A DNA stretch of 64,000 nt, from positions 704,001 to 768,000 of the forward strand of contig CAWBWI010000003.1 in the NCBI GenBank assembly GCA_963792585.1. Reading direction: 5' to 3'. Position 1 is the first letter of the stretch; the number at the start of each line of letters is the position of its first letter. The translations under genes were made by a program, and so were the position numbers. This document shows positions 39,407-48,307 of the stretch, piece after piece. The notes below the pieces were generated by a model. The model was not told the DNA's origin, made no database searches, and saw only the letters and a list, made by a program, of their open reading frames with translations. This DNA comes from Candidatus Eiseniibacteriota bacterium. GTDB lineage: Bacteria > Eisenbacteria > RBG-16-71-46 > CAIMUX01 > VGJL01.

Positions 39407-42400
39407 TCTTGCGCGTGTAAGCGCGCTCCTCGATTTCCACCCTCAGCAGGTAGATACCGGAAGCGGCCGCCGGGCCGTCCCACGCGTAGCTGTGAGGACC
39501 CGCGTCCTCGTCACCTTGGTGCAGAACGCGGAGGATCCTTCCCGACAGATCGTAGACCGTGACGCGAACCGATCCCGATCGGGCGAGCGTGAGGGGCAGC
39601 TCAAAACGCCCGCCCGACGGGTTCGGGAACGGCTCCCCGATCGCCGTCGGAGACGGCACGACCGGGTTCAAGGACCAGCTGACGGAGATCGGGTCGAAAC
39701 GCCGCTCGTATCCGCGCGGAGAGACCGCGACGATCCGGTAGAGATACTCGCCGGGGGGGAGGGCCTCCTCGAAGAGGAACGGCCCCGTTCCGTCGAGCAA
39801 TTCCGTCGTCCGCGGAGCCCATGTCACCCCTCGGTCATCCGAGCGCTCGACCGCGAATCCGGAGAAGCGATCGACGGAGGAGGCCGACCAGCGCAGACGC
39901 AGAGTGCGCGCGCCGCTCGCGAGCGCCGAGTCGAACGCGGCGGTCGAGACGACCATCTCCGTGACGACCGGCAGGAAGGCGTCGAGGGCGACGCTCGCCT
40001 GCGCCTCGGGGCTGGGCGTCGAGAGATTTCCGGCGGCGTCGCGCGCGGCGATCGCATAGGCATAGATGAGGTCCGGCTCGACCGATCGGTCGACGTAGGA
40101 AGTCGCCCGGAGTCCAGCCATCTCGATCCGATCCCCGCTGCCGACCTCGCGACGGTAGAGGACGTACTCGACGACGTCCGGATCGATCGACGCGTCCCAG
40201 GCCACCTCGATTCGATCCTCGACGCCGGCGGCGATGGGCCGCGAGAGAATCGAGGGCGGACTCGTGTCATCCTGCAGCGGGGTGTGGGCCCACCCGTCCA
40301 CGGAGATCGGCGAGAGATTGCCCGCCTCGTCGCGCGCGCGCGCAGCGAAGTGATAGTCCGTGTCTGGTGTCAGGCCGGTGATGGTGAGGAATTCCACGGT
40401 TCCCGGCAGGCCCGGCGTAAACGGGACATCGACCGGGATCGCGGCGTCCCAGCCCGCCAGGTCGATCGCAGCGGACGACCGGCGGACGTCGTAGCTCGTC
40501 GCCCGTCCCTGGTCGCCATCGTCGCCGACTGCGGTCCAGGTGAGACGGATGGACGTCGGCGACAACGCCGCCGCCGCGAGATCGTCCACGGGCGCCGGCG
40601 GCACCTGATCCGAGGGCGGTTCCGGGATCGTGTCGGTCTCGGCCCAAACGACGTTCGAGACCGCGGAGAGGTTACCGGCCGCATCGCGCGCCCGCACCGC
40701 GAAGGCCAGACGCGTTCCCGGTTGCAGTCCGGTCACACGCGTCGACTCGGCCTCGCCGGGAGCGGTGGGACTCGGCAGACCATCGATCGCCGCGGCCTGG
40801 TTCCAGTTTGCCTCGTCGATCGTCTCGCCCGAGACGCGCAGATCGTAGGCGGCGCAGCGGCCGCGATCGTCCGCGGGCGCCGTCCATCGCAGGGTGACCG
40901 AGGTCGTGTCGGCTCCGGCGTCCGCGAGGTCCGTGACCTGCGCCGGCGCAACCGTGTCCGGCAGCTCGGGAGTGACCACGGACAGGGAAACGGAGATCGG
41001 GCCCGCATTGCCCGCGGCGTCGATCGCGCGCAGCGCGAAGTAGTACTCGGTCTCGGGATCGAGGCCGTCCACCTGCAACGATTCTTCCGTACCGACGATG
41101 GCGCACGGCTTGATGGGGAGGACCGGCACCGCATCGTCCCACTTGCCCGCGGTGATCTGTCCATCGGATCGACGCACGTCGTAGTGGTCCGCGGTCCCTT
41201 CAAGCCCGTCGCCCCCCGGAGCGATCCACCGAATCAAGGCGGTGGTCGGTCGCGCGGAGACGAGCGCGAGGTCCCGGATCTCGCCCGGCGCAATCGCGTC
41301 GGGAAGTCCGTCCTGCGGCTGGGTCGCCTGCTCGGCGACGTTCGAGGTCTCCGACCATTGACCTCTCGCGTCGCGGGCCCTCATCGCGAAGTAGTAGCGG
41401 GTGTCCGATGCCAGGCCTGTGACGACGGCCTGCTGCAGCGTCCCGGGCGCCTCGGGATCCGGCGGCGCGATCGCGTGGCCGGCGTCCCAACCATCCCCGT
41501 CGAGGGGCACGAGCGCGAAGCGAATCTCGTATCGATCGACCTCGGGCGCATCGACGCAATCGGCGGGAATGCTGTCCGCCGGCGCGTGCCAGCGGAGCGT
41601 GACACTGCTTTGCGTCGGGTTGATCGCCGCCAGATCGAGGATTCGATGCGGAGCCAGCGTGTCGGGCGCCGACGTCGTGGCGACCTGCAGGACCGAACCC
41701 AGCGGCGCGAAATTCCCCTCGGCGTCGCGCGCGCGCAGCGCGAATGCATACGATGTCGCGGGCTCGAGTTCGATCACCGTGAGCGCCTGCGCGCCGCCCG
41801 GAGGCCCCGGCGCGGGAGGATTCGGGATCAGCGTCGCCGACTCCCACGTCGTCTCATCGAGCGGGCCCTCGCTCATGCGCCCCTCGTAGGAGGCGACGGG
41901 ATCGCCGTCGTCGTCGGCGGGCGCGGTCCACGCGAGGCCGATCTGCCGATGTGCGATCGATGCCGCCGAGAGGTCGGTCACGGGAAGCGGGGGCGTTCCA
42001 TCGGCGGGACGCGCCGTCATCGCCGATCCCGGATTGGAGAGGCCGCTCCTGTTTCCATCGTCATCCAGAACATCGAGGGCGAAGAAGTACTGCGTCCCGG
42101 GCAGGAGTCCGGAGACGACGAAGGTCTCGCCCGCGCCGGAAACTTCGGGGGTTGGCTCCTCGGTCGCCTGCGTGGCGGTTTGCCACGTCTCTTCGGTGAT
42201 CTCGACCGTCGAAAAACGGACATCATAGACTGCGGCGCGACCCGCGGTGCTGTCATCCCCCGTGGCGGTCCAGACCAGGGTGACGGAGTTGGTCGTGGGG
42301 AGCGTCGCCTGGAGATCGTGCACCCGCGCGGGGGACCACGCATCGGGCGCGCGCGGCGTGCGTCCCGAAGGCGAGTTGGAGACGCCGCTCGAGTTGGGGA

Positions 42401-43595
42401 CCTCATCCGCGACCTTCAACGCGAAGTAGTAGAGGGTTCCGGCCGATAGCCCGGTGATCGTGAAAGACTCGGCCTGCCCGGCCGGCTTCGGGAGGGGCTC
42501 TCCTTCGACCTGCGTCGCGGAAGCCCAATTGGTACCGGTGATCGGCGTACCTGCGTAGCGCAGATCGTACGATGCCGCCTGGCCCGTGGTGCCGTCGTCT
42601 CCCACGGCGAACCAAGCGATTGTGACCGACTGCTGCGTCGCGGATGTGAATGAGAGCGTATTCACAGTCGAGGGCGGCGTCGTGTCCCCTGAAGGGGTCA
42701 CCGCGGAGGCTACGTTCGAAAGAGCGCTCCAGTTCGGGATTTCATCGGCAACCTTGATCGCGAAGTAGTACCGGGTCGCGGGGGCGAGGCCCGTCACGGT
42801 GAACGACTCGACCAGTCCTGCAGTCTTCGGGGAGGGTTCTCCCGAGACCGGCGTTGCGGAAGTCCAGTTGGACGCATCGATCGGCCAGGTTGCGTACCGC
42901 AGGTCATAGGTCGTCGCTCGGCCCGACTGCCCATCATCCCCGACGGCCGTCCACGCGAGACCAACCGACGTGGGCGTGGTCGATGCAATGCTCAGGTCCG
43001 TGACACTCGCCGGAGGTGTGGTGTCCCCCGGCGCCGCAGTCGTCCCGCTCGCGATGTTGGAGAGTCCGCTCCAGTTCGGCCCTTCGTCCGCGACCTTCAT
43101 CCCGAAGTAGTAAAGGGTCCCGGGACTCAAGCCGGTCACCGCAAAGGTCTCGATCTGGCCCGCGACTTTCGGCGCGGGCTCTCCGATGACCTGGATCGCG
43201 CTTCCCCAGTTCGATCCGGTGATCGGCGATGTCGAATAGCGGATGTCGTACGTAGACGCCTGGCCGTTCTGGCCGTCATCTCCAACCGCCGTCCATCGGA
43301 GGGTCGCCGAGGACTCCGTCGTCGCGTTGACGGTGAGCGTGGACACGTTGGCGGGCGGCGTGATGTCCCCGATTTCTCCCGTCGGGAAGATGTAGATCGG
43401 CGAGGCCGCCGGGGCGGTGAACACGAGTTCTTCCGCCAGTCCGGGAACGAGGCCGGTCACGACGGTCTTGTCCCCCTGCCGGACGTCGTAGGTCCTCTCA
43501 GGGGCGAGTCCGAAGACGTAGTGGTGGACCGCGGCGGAACTGGGGGCGGCGAGAAGTGAGAAAACCAGCACACTCCAGGCCACGGGGTGCTTCAT
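39390..43595 (-). CDS. Large secreted fibronectin type III repeat protein with C-terminal FlgD/T9SS-like sorting domain (1401 aa)
   Basis: GGAGG RBS; signal peptide; nine ~110-aa DxxPP...WTA.GDD...YD(L/V)R...W..A...GL.P.T.YYFA repeats plus further beta-sandwich domains; PFPNP...VYDLSGR...WDG...SGIYLLR...RKITV tail. Confidence 0.92.
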   Translation of the reverse strand: MKHPVAWSVLVFSLLAAPSSAAVHHYVFGLAPERTYDVRQGDKTVVTGLVPGLAEELVFTAPAASPIYIFPTGEIGDITPPANVSTLTVNATTESSATLRWTAVGDDGQNGQASTYDIRYSTSPITGSNWGSAIQVIGEPAPKVAGQIETFAVTGLSPGTLYYFGMKVADEGPNWSGLSNIASGTTAAPGDTTPPASVTDLSIASTTPTSVGLAWTAVGDDGQSGRATTYDLRYATWPIDASNWTSATPVSGEPSPKTAGLVESFTVTGLAPATRYYFAIKVADEIPNWSALSNVASAVTPSGDTTPPSTVNTLSFTSATQQSVTIAWFAVGDDGTTGQAASYDLRYAGTPITGTNWASATQVEGEPLPKPAGQAESFTITGLSAGTLYYFALKVADEVPNSSGVSNSPSGRTPRAPDAWSPARVHDLQATLPTTNSVTLVWTATGDDSTAGRAAVYDVRFSTVEITEETWQTATQATEEPTPEVSGAGETFVVSGLLPGTQYFFALDVLDDDGNRSGLSNPGSAMTARPADGTPPLPVTDLSAASIAHRQIGLAWTAPADDDGDPVASYEGRMSEGPLDETTWESATLIPNPPAPGPPGGAQALTVIELEPATSYAFALRARDAEGNFAPLGSVLQVATTSAPDTLAPHRILDLAAINPTQSSVTLRWHAPADSIPADCVDAPEVDRYEIRFALVPLDGDGWDAGHAIAPPDPEAPGTLQQAVVTGLASDTRYYFAMRARDARGQWSETSNVAEQATQPQDGLPDAIAPGEIRDLALVSARPTTALIRWIAPGGDGLEGTADHYDVRRSDGQITAGKWDDAVPVLPIKPCAIVGTEESLQVDGLDPETEYYFALRAIDAAGNAGPISVSLSVVTPELPDTVAPAQVTDLADAGADTTSVTLRWTAPADDRGRCAAYDLRVSGETIDEANWNQAAAIDGLPSPTAPGEAESTRVTGLQPGTRLAFAVRARDAAGNLSAVSNVVWAETDTIPEPPSDQVPPAPVDDLAAAALSPTSIRLTWTAVGDDGDQGRATSYDVRRSSAAIDLAGWDAAIPVDVPFTPGLPGTVEFLTITGLTPDTDYHFAARARDEAGNLSPISVDGWAHTPLQDDTSPPSILSRPIAAGVEDRIEVAWDASIDPDVVEYVLYRREVGSGDRIEMAGLRATSYVDRSVEPDLIYAYAIAARDAAGNLSTPSPEAQASVALDAFLPVVTEMVVSTAAFDSALASGARTLRLRWSASSVDRFSGFAVERSDDRGVTWAPRTTELLDGTGPFLFEEALPPGEYLYRIVAVSPRGYERRFDPISVSWSLNPVVPSPTAIGEPFPNPSGGRFELPLTLARSGSVRVTVYDLSGRILRVLHQGDEDAGPHSYAWDGPAAASGIYLLRVEIEERAYTRKITVRK

Positions 43596-43659
43596 GCATG
43601 TCCTCCGGTGATGGGCTCTGGTTTCGGCCCTCAGGGCCGACGGCGCACCCCAGTCATCG

Positions 43660-43674
43660 GCAAGATGGAAGCCA
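43660..43674 (-). promoter_or_regulatory. Putative sigma54 (-24/-12) promoter for the FN3 gene
   Basis: Minus strand TGGCTTCCATCTTGC (TGGC-N7-TTGC), ~65 nt upstream of the ATG; IHF-like AAACAATGAGTTA at 43722-43734. Confidence 0.5.
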
Positions 43675-43877
43675 TGGAGTACGGGGATTTGGGGGGTGGG
43701 AAAATCGCCCAATTACTTGCGAAACAATGAGTTAGAACCGTCAGAATTCGACTGGAATCGGAGGTTTGGGTGCTGGCAGGCGGCCGGCATCGCATCCTGC
43801 GAGGTTTTCCGGGCAAGTCGCACGATGGTTGCCGACAATAGGGGGAGCGGGGGAGCGCACGCCGGCCGCCGGCCGGG

Positions 43878-43906
43878 TTGACGGCCCAACCCTCGAATGT
43901 TAGGCT
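43878..43906 (+). promoter_or_regulatory. Putative sigma70 promoter for the dac-dac-thyX run
   Basis: TTGACG-N17-TAGGCT with extended -10 TGn. Confidence 0.6.
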
Positions 43907-43997
43907 GCCCGGGCCAAGGGAGTATCGCCTAACTCATTGAGTTTCAAGGATTGAGACGGATTCGGATCGCCGTACGGGTGGACCGGTCCAGAGGGAG

Positions 43998-45176
43998 GTG
44001 GCGTTGATCGGTGTTGGGGGACGCACGCACCCGTTTCTGAAGTTCATCGCCGCCGCAGCACTGATTCTGGCCCTCTTTCCGAACGCCGGTCTGGCCTGGC
44101 AAATCGAGACCGCACCCATCAAGGCCGTCTCGGCCATCCTCATCGAACCCTCGACCGGACAGGTTCTCTACGAGCAGAACGCCGACGTTCCGCGGGCTCC
44201 GGCCAGCATCGCAAAGACGATGCTCGAGCTGGTCGTCCTCGAGAAGGTCCAGTCCGGAGAACTGAAGATCGACGAACCGATCACCGCCTCCGCCTGGGCG
44301 AGCAAGATCGGCGGGTCGCAAGTCTATCTCAAAGAGGGAGAGGTCTTTCCCCTCGAAGACTTGATGAAGGCGATCGTGATCCATTCGGCAAACGACGCCT
44401 GTGTGGCGGTCGCCGAGCACATCGCCGGTTCCGCGGACGGCTTCGTCGACCTGATGAACATCCGCGCCCGCGAGCTGGGGCTGACAAACACGCGCTTCAT
44501 CAACGTTCACGGTCTCGACGACGAGCCCGGACAGGGGAACGTCACCACCGCACGGGACATTGCGAAGATCGCGCAGCACCTGGTCACGATGCCGCATGTG
44601 CTCGAGTGGTCGAGCATCGAGGAGGCGCCGTTTCGCGACGGGGCGTTCCTCCTGCAAAACACGAACAAGTTGCTTGGTCGCTTCCCCGGTTTGGACGGGC
44701 TCAAAACTGGCTACACCCACAAGGCGGGCTTCTGTCTCTGCGCAACGGGTGAGCGCAAGGGGCTTCGCCTGATCTCGGTCGTCCTCGGGGCCGAGTCGAA
44801 CAGGGCGCGGGTCGACGAGTCAGCGCGGCTGCTGGGCGCCGGCTTCGCGCAGCTCTCGTTGAGTCCCCTCTATGCCGCCGGCGATCCGATCCCCGGCGGC
44901 GTGCCGATCGCGCGCGGACGCCAGGCGCGGGTCGACGGGGTCGCGGGTGCGCAGCTGGCGGTGATTCTGCCCCGGCGCGCCGAGGTTCCAAAGGCCGTCC
45001 TCATTCCGAAGAAGGGGCTACAAGCCCCCATCAAGAAGGGGGACACAGTGGGCAGTGTGGAAGTCACGCTCGAAAACGGCGAGACGGTTCGCGCGCCGGT
45101 CCTGGCGGCGGGCGACATGAAGCGCGAGACGATCTTCCAGTCGATTGCGCGCGCATTCGGCGGAGGTCGTTCGTGA
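43998..45176 (+). CDS. dacA: S11 D-Ala-D-Ala carboxypeptidase
   Basis: PASIAK (SxxK), SAND (SxN), LKTGYT, PBP5 C-terminal domain. Confidence 0.9.
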   Translation: MALIGVGGRTHPFLKFIAAAALILALFPNAGLAWQIETAPIKAVSAILIEPSTGQVLYEQNADVPRAPASIAKTMLELVVLEKVQSGELKIDEPITASAWASKIGGSQVYLKEGEVFPLEDLMKAIVIHSANDACVAVAEHIAGSADGFVDLMNIRARELGLTNTRFINVHGLDDEPGQGNVTTARDIAKIAQHLVTMPHVLEWSSIEEAPFRDGAFLLQNTNKLLGRFPGLDGLKTGYTHKAGFCLCATGERKGLRLISVVLGAESNRARVDESARLLGAGFAQLSLSPLYAAGDPIPGGVPIARGRQARVDGVAGAQLAVILPRRAEVPKAVLIPKKGLQAPIKKGDTVGSVEVTLENGETVRAPVLAAGDMKRETIFQSIARAFGGGRS

Positions 45177-46375
45177 CGGCCCGGCGCTTCTTCCTGCGCC
45201 TCGCCCCGTTTCTCTTCGCCTTCATCGCCCTGGCGCTCGTCGCGCAAGACGCGGACGCCGCCCGAAAGCGGCGCCCGGTGCGCCGTCGCACGGCCAAGCG
45301 GAGCGTGGTCCGCTACACCGGCCCGAGCTACCAGTCCGCCCTGGTGATCGATGCGGTGAGCGGACAGGTCCTCTTCCAGAAGGACCCCCACGCGCCAAGG
45401 GCGCCGGCGAGCCTCGCGAAGATGATGCTCGAACTGCTCACGCTCGAGGCGATCCGCGCGGGCGATCTGTCCCTCTACGATTCGTTTGTCGTGCCCGCGG
45501 AGGTGAAGGCGATCCGGGGAAGCCGGGTCCGTCTTCGGGTGGGCGAGATGGTGACCGTCCGCGATCTGCTCGAGGCAACGGCGATCGCCTCCGCGAACGA
45601 CGCAGCGACCGCGCTCGCGATCAAGCTGGCCGGGTCGACCGAGGCCTGCGTCGCGCGGATGAACCGGCGCGCCCGCGAGCTCGGGATGGTCGAGACCGTC
45701 TACCACAACGTCCACGGGCTCGATCGCAGCGACGAGCCGGGCAACATCACCACCGCGTGGGATCTCTCGATCCTCGCGCGCCAGCTGATCTCGATGCCCG
45801 AGGCGCTCGAAATCTCGAGCACGGTCCAGACGACGATCCGCGGCGGCAAACAGGCGATCCACACGACGAACCGACTGCTCACGCAATGCCGGGGAGTCGA
45901 CGGTCTCAAGACCGGCTATACGGGCCGGGCGGGCTACTGCCTCGTGTCGACGGCCGAGCGGGAGGGGATGCGGGTCGTCTCCGTGTGTCTCGGCGCGCGC
46001 TCGAACCGCGGTCGCTTCACCGATTCGGCCGCGCTGATCGAGAAGGCATTCCAGCAGTGGGAGCGGGTACGGGTCGTCTCCAAGGGGCAGGACCTCGGAG
46101 AGGACCTCGAGGTCCGCAAGGGACGAGTCGATTCCGTTCGCCTCGTAGCGGGCTCCGACATCGATCTCATCGTGGACTCGCGAAGCAAGCCCGAGATCCG
46201 GCTCGCCGTGACGGCGCCTGGAAGCACCCGCGCGCCGGTTGCGGCAGGATGGACCCTCGGGAGCTTCCAGGTGATGCTGGGCGACAGCGTTGCTGCCGAA
46301 GGACCCGCCGTCGCGCGGGAAAAGGTCTCGCGCGCGGGCCTGTTCGATTCGATTCAAGACCTCCTGAAGCCCTAG
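45173..46375 (+). CDS. S11 D-Ala-D-Ala carboxypeptidase, second paralogue
   Basis: PASLAK, SAND, LKTGYT; GTGA overlap. Confidence 0.9.
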   Translation: MTARRFFLRLAPFLFAFIALALVAQDADAARKRRPVRRRTAKRSVVRYTGPSYQSALVIDAVSGQVLFQKDPHAPRAPASLAKMMLELLTLEAIRAGDLSLYDSFVVPAEVKAIRGSRVRLRVGEMVTVRDLLEATAIASANDAATALAIKLAGSTEACVARMNRRARELGMVETVYHNVHGLDRSDEPGNITTAWDLSILARQLISMPEALEISSTVQTTIRGGKQAIHTTNRLLTQCRGVDGLKTGYTGRAGYCLVSTAEREGMRVVSVCLGARSNRGRFTDSAALIEKAFQQWERVRVVSKGQDLGEDLEVRKGRVDSVRLVAGSDIDLIVDSRSKPEIRLAVTAPGSTRAPVAAGWTLGSFQVMLGDSVAAEGPAVAREKVSRAGLFDSIQDLLKP

Positions 46376-46391
46376 CGGAGGGACTCTCGCC

Positions 46392-47927
46392 ATGGATGTC
46401 CGCCTGGCGGGACACAATCTCGATCGCGACCTGATCCTCAGCATCCGGTCCGCGTTGGAGCGGACCGCCCGTCTGCCGGCGGGTCTGTCGCCGGAGGTGG
46501 ATGCGGCGCGCGCGGAGGCAGCCGCGCTTCTCGAGCGAGACAACTGGACCCCCGAGACGCTGTCGGCCGCGTATGCCCGCATCAGCCGCGATCCGCGTCC
46601 CGTGACCGATCTGCGCGGAGTCGCGCGCGAAGAGGTCGACGCCGCCCGCAAATCGAACGAGACGATCATCTTCGGGCTTGGCCATGCATCGGTTGCGGAG
46701 CATGCGGTTTTCAATCTCGACATCCTCGGCGTATCGCGTCTGGCGATCGAGGAGATCGAGCGGATGCGCCTCTGTTCCTACACCGAGAAATCCCAGCGCT
46801 ACATCCTGCTCGACGAGGACTTCGTCGTGCCCGAGGAGATCGTGGCGGCGGGAATGGGGGATGATTTCCGCGTCCTGCTGCGCGAGCAGAACGCCTTCTA
46901 CCGACAAGCGTATGAGAGACTCCTGCCCTGGGTCATCGAGTCGAATCCTGAACTCGCGGCCTCGAAGAAGAACCATCGCACTCTGGAGGGCTTCGCGAAG
47001 GAAGACGCCCGCTATGGGCTGTCTTTGGCGACGACAGTCCAGTTGGGCGAGACGATCAATGCGCGCAACGTGGAAGCCCTGATCGCGCGGACTGCCGGAC
47101 ATCCGCTCGCAGAGCTACGTGCATTCTCGAAGAAGCTGTACGACGCCGTTTCGGGGATCGCGCCTTCCGTGATCAAGTACACCGAGCCGTCCGACGCGCG
47201 CGTGAGGACCCCGGAAGACCTGCGGGAATCGACCGCGAGCGCCCTTGAAGGGGTCTCCGCGGGACCCGTCGAGGAAGCGGTGGCGCTCGACATCCCCGAG
47301 CACGCGGAGACGCGGATCGTCGCGGCGATCCTGCACACGTACGGACGGGTCGACGCGCGAACGTGTTTCGCGAGGGCGGAGACGATGGGCGCGAGCGGAC
47401 GGGCGACGATTCTGCGAACCGCGCTCCGCCGTCTCGGTCCCCACGATCCGGTCCTGCGTGAATTCGAGCACGCCCATGCGACCTTCGAAGTCGTCTGTTC
47501 GGCCGCCTGCTTCGGGCAATTGAAACGCCACCGCATGGCGACGCTCACCACGCAGGGGTACGACCCGAAGCTCGGCGTGACGATTCCGCCATCGTTCGCG
47601 TCGACGGGCCTCCTGGAGCCGTTCGACGCGCTTCGCGAGAAGACCGAGGCGCTCCACGCCCGCGCTGCGACGGCGGCCACGCCCGGGGCGGCGGCCTACA
47701 TCCTGTTGAATGCCCATCGCCGCCGCGCGTTGTGGGGGATGAACGCACGAGAGCTCTACCACGTGGCGCGCCTGCGCTTGGACGCGCACGCGCAATGGGA
47801 CATCCGCAATCTGAGCGGGCGGGTGATCGATCTCGCGCGCGAGCGGATGCCTGGGATTCTCCTCCTCGCCTGCGGAAAGGATCGATTCACGGCGCGCAAG
47901 GCCGAGGTCTTCGGTCCCGAGGCCTGA
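46392..47927 (+). CDS. thyX: FAD-dependent thymidylate synthase, long two-domain form
   Basis: GHASVAEH, SYTEKSQRY, KEDARY, NARN; second domain REFEH, QLKRHR, MNARELYH, HAQWDIR. Confidence 0.88.
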   Translation: MDVRLAGHNLDRDLILSIRSALERTARLPAGLSPEVDAARAEAAALLERDNWTPETLSAAYARISRDPRPVTDLRGVAREEVDAARKSNETIIFGLGHASVAEHAVFNLDILGVSRLAIEEIERMRLCSYTEKSQRYILLDEDFVVPEEIVAAGMGDDFRVLLREQNAFYRQAYERLLPWVIESNPELAASKKNHRTLEGFAKEDARYGLSLATTVQLGETINARNVEALIARTAGHPLAELRAFSKKLYDAVSGIAPSVIKYTEPSDARVRTPEDLRESTASALEGVSAGPVEEAVALDIPEHAETRIVAAILHTYGRVDARTCFARAETMGASGRATILRTALRRLGPHDPVLREFEHAHATFEVVCSAACFGQLKRHRMATLTTQGYDPKLGVTIPPSFASTGLLEPFDALREKTEALHARAATAATPGAAAYILLNAHRRRALWGMNARELYHVARLRLDAHAQWDIRNLSGRVIDLARERMPGILLLACGKDRFTARKAEVFGPEA

Positions 47928-47931
47928 TGGC

Positions 47932-48288
47932 GTGAGCCGGTCCGCCGCCTACTTCGATGCGATTCAGGCGCACTGCCTGGCAAAGCCTGGTGCGGTCCTC
48001 GATCACCCTTGGGGCGAGTTCGCTTTCAAGGTCGGCGGGAAGATGTTCGTCGTCACCGGTAGCGGATCGCCGTTGCGGCTCACCGTGAAGGCGAGGCTGG
48101 AGGATCAGGCCGCCCTCTGCACCCATCCGGCGATCGAGCGCGCTTCCTACGTGGGCCGTTTCGGCTGGGTCACGGTGACCGTGCGGAACAAGGAGACGCT
48201 GAAGCTCGCGCTGGATCTCGTGGACGCGAGCTATCTCCTGGTGGCGCCGCGCGGGAGGAGGAAGGGCGCGAAGACGCGGCGGCGGTAG
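47932..48288 (+). CDS. MmcQ/YjbR family DNA-binding protein
   Basis: CLAKPGA, PWG, FKVGGKMF, YVGRFGWV, SYLLVAP. Confidence 0.88.
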   Translation: MSRSAAYFDAIQAHCLAKPGAVLDHPWGEFAFKVGGKMFVVTGSGSPLRLTVKARLEDQAALCTHPAIERASYVGRFGWVTVTVRNKETLKLALDLVDASYLLVAPRGRRKGAKTRRR

Positions 48289-48307
48289 GTTTCGGGTGCC
48301 GAGCCGC

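Noticed and set aside
39492..42449. 985-aa plus-strand ORF
   Set aside because: Arg-rich antisense shadow of the FN3 gene, typical of high-GC DNA.
43818..43832. TCGCACGATGGTTGC resembling a sigma54 promoter
   Set aside because: Lacks the invariant -24 GG; a good sigma70 promoter lies just downstream.
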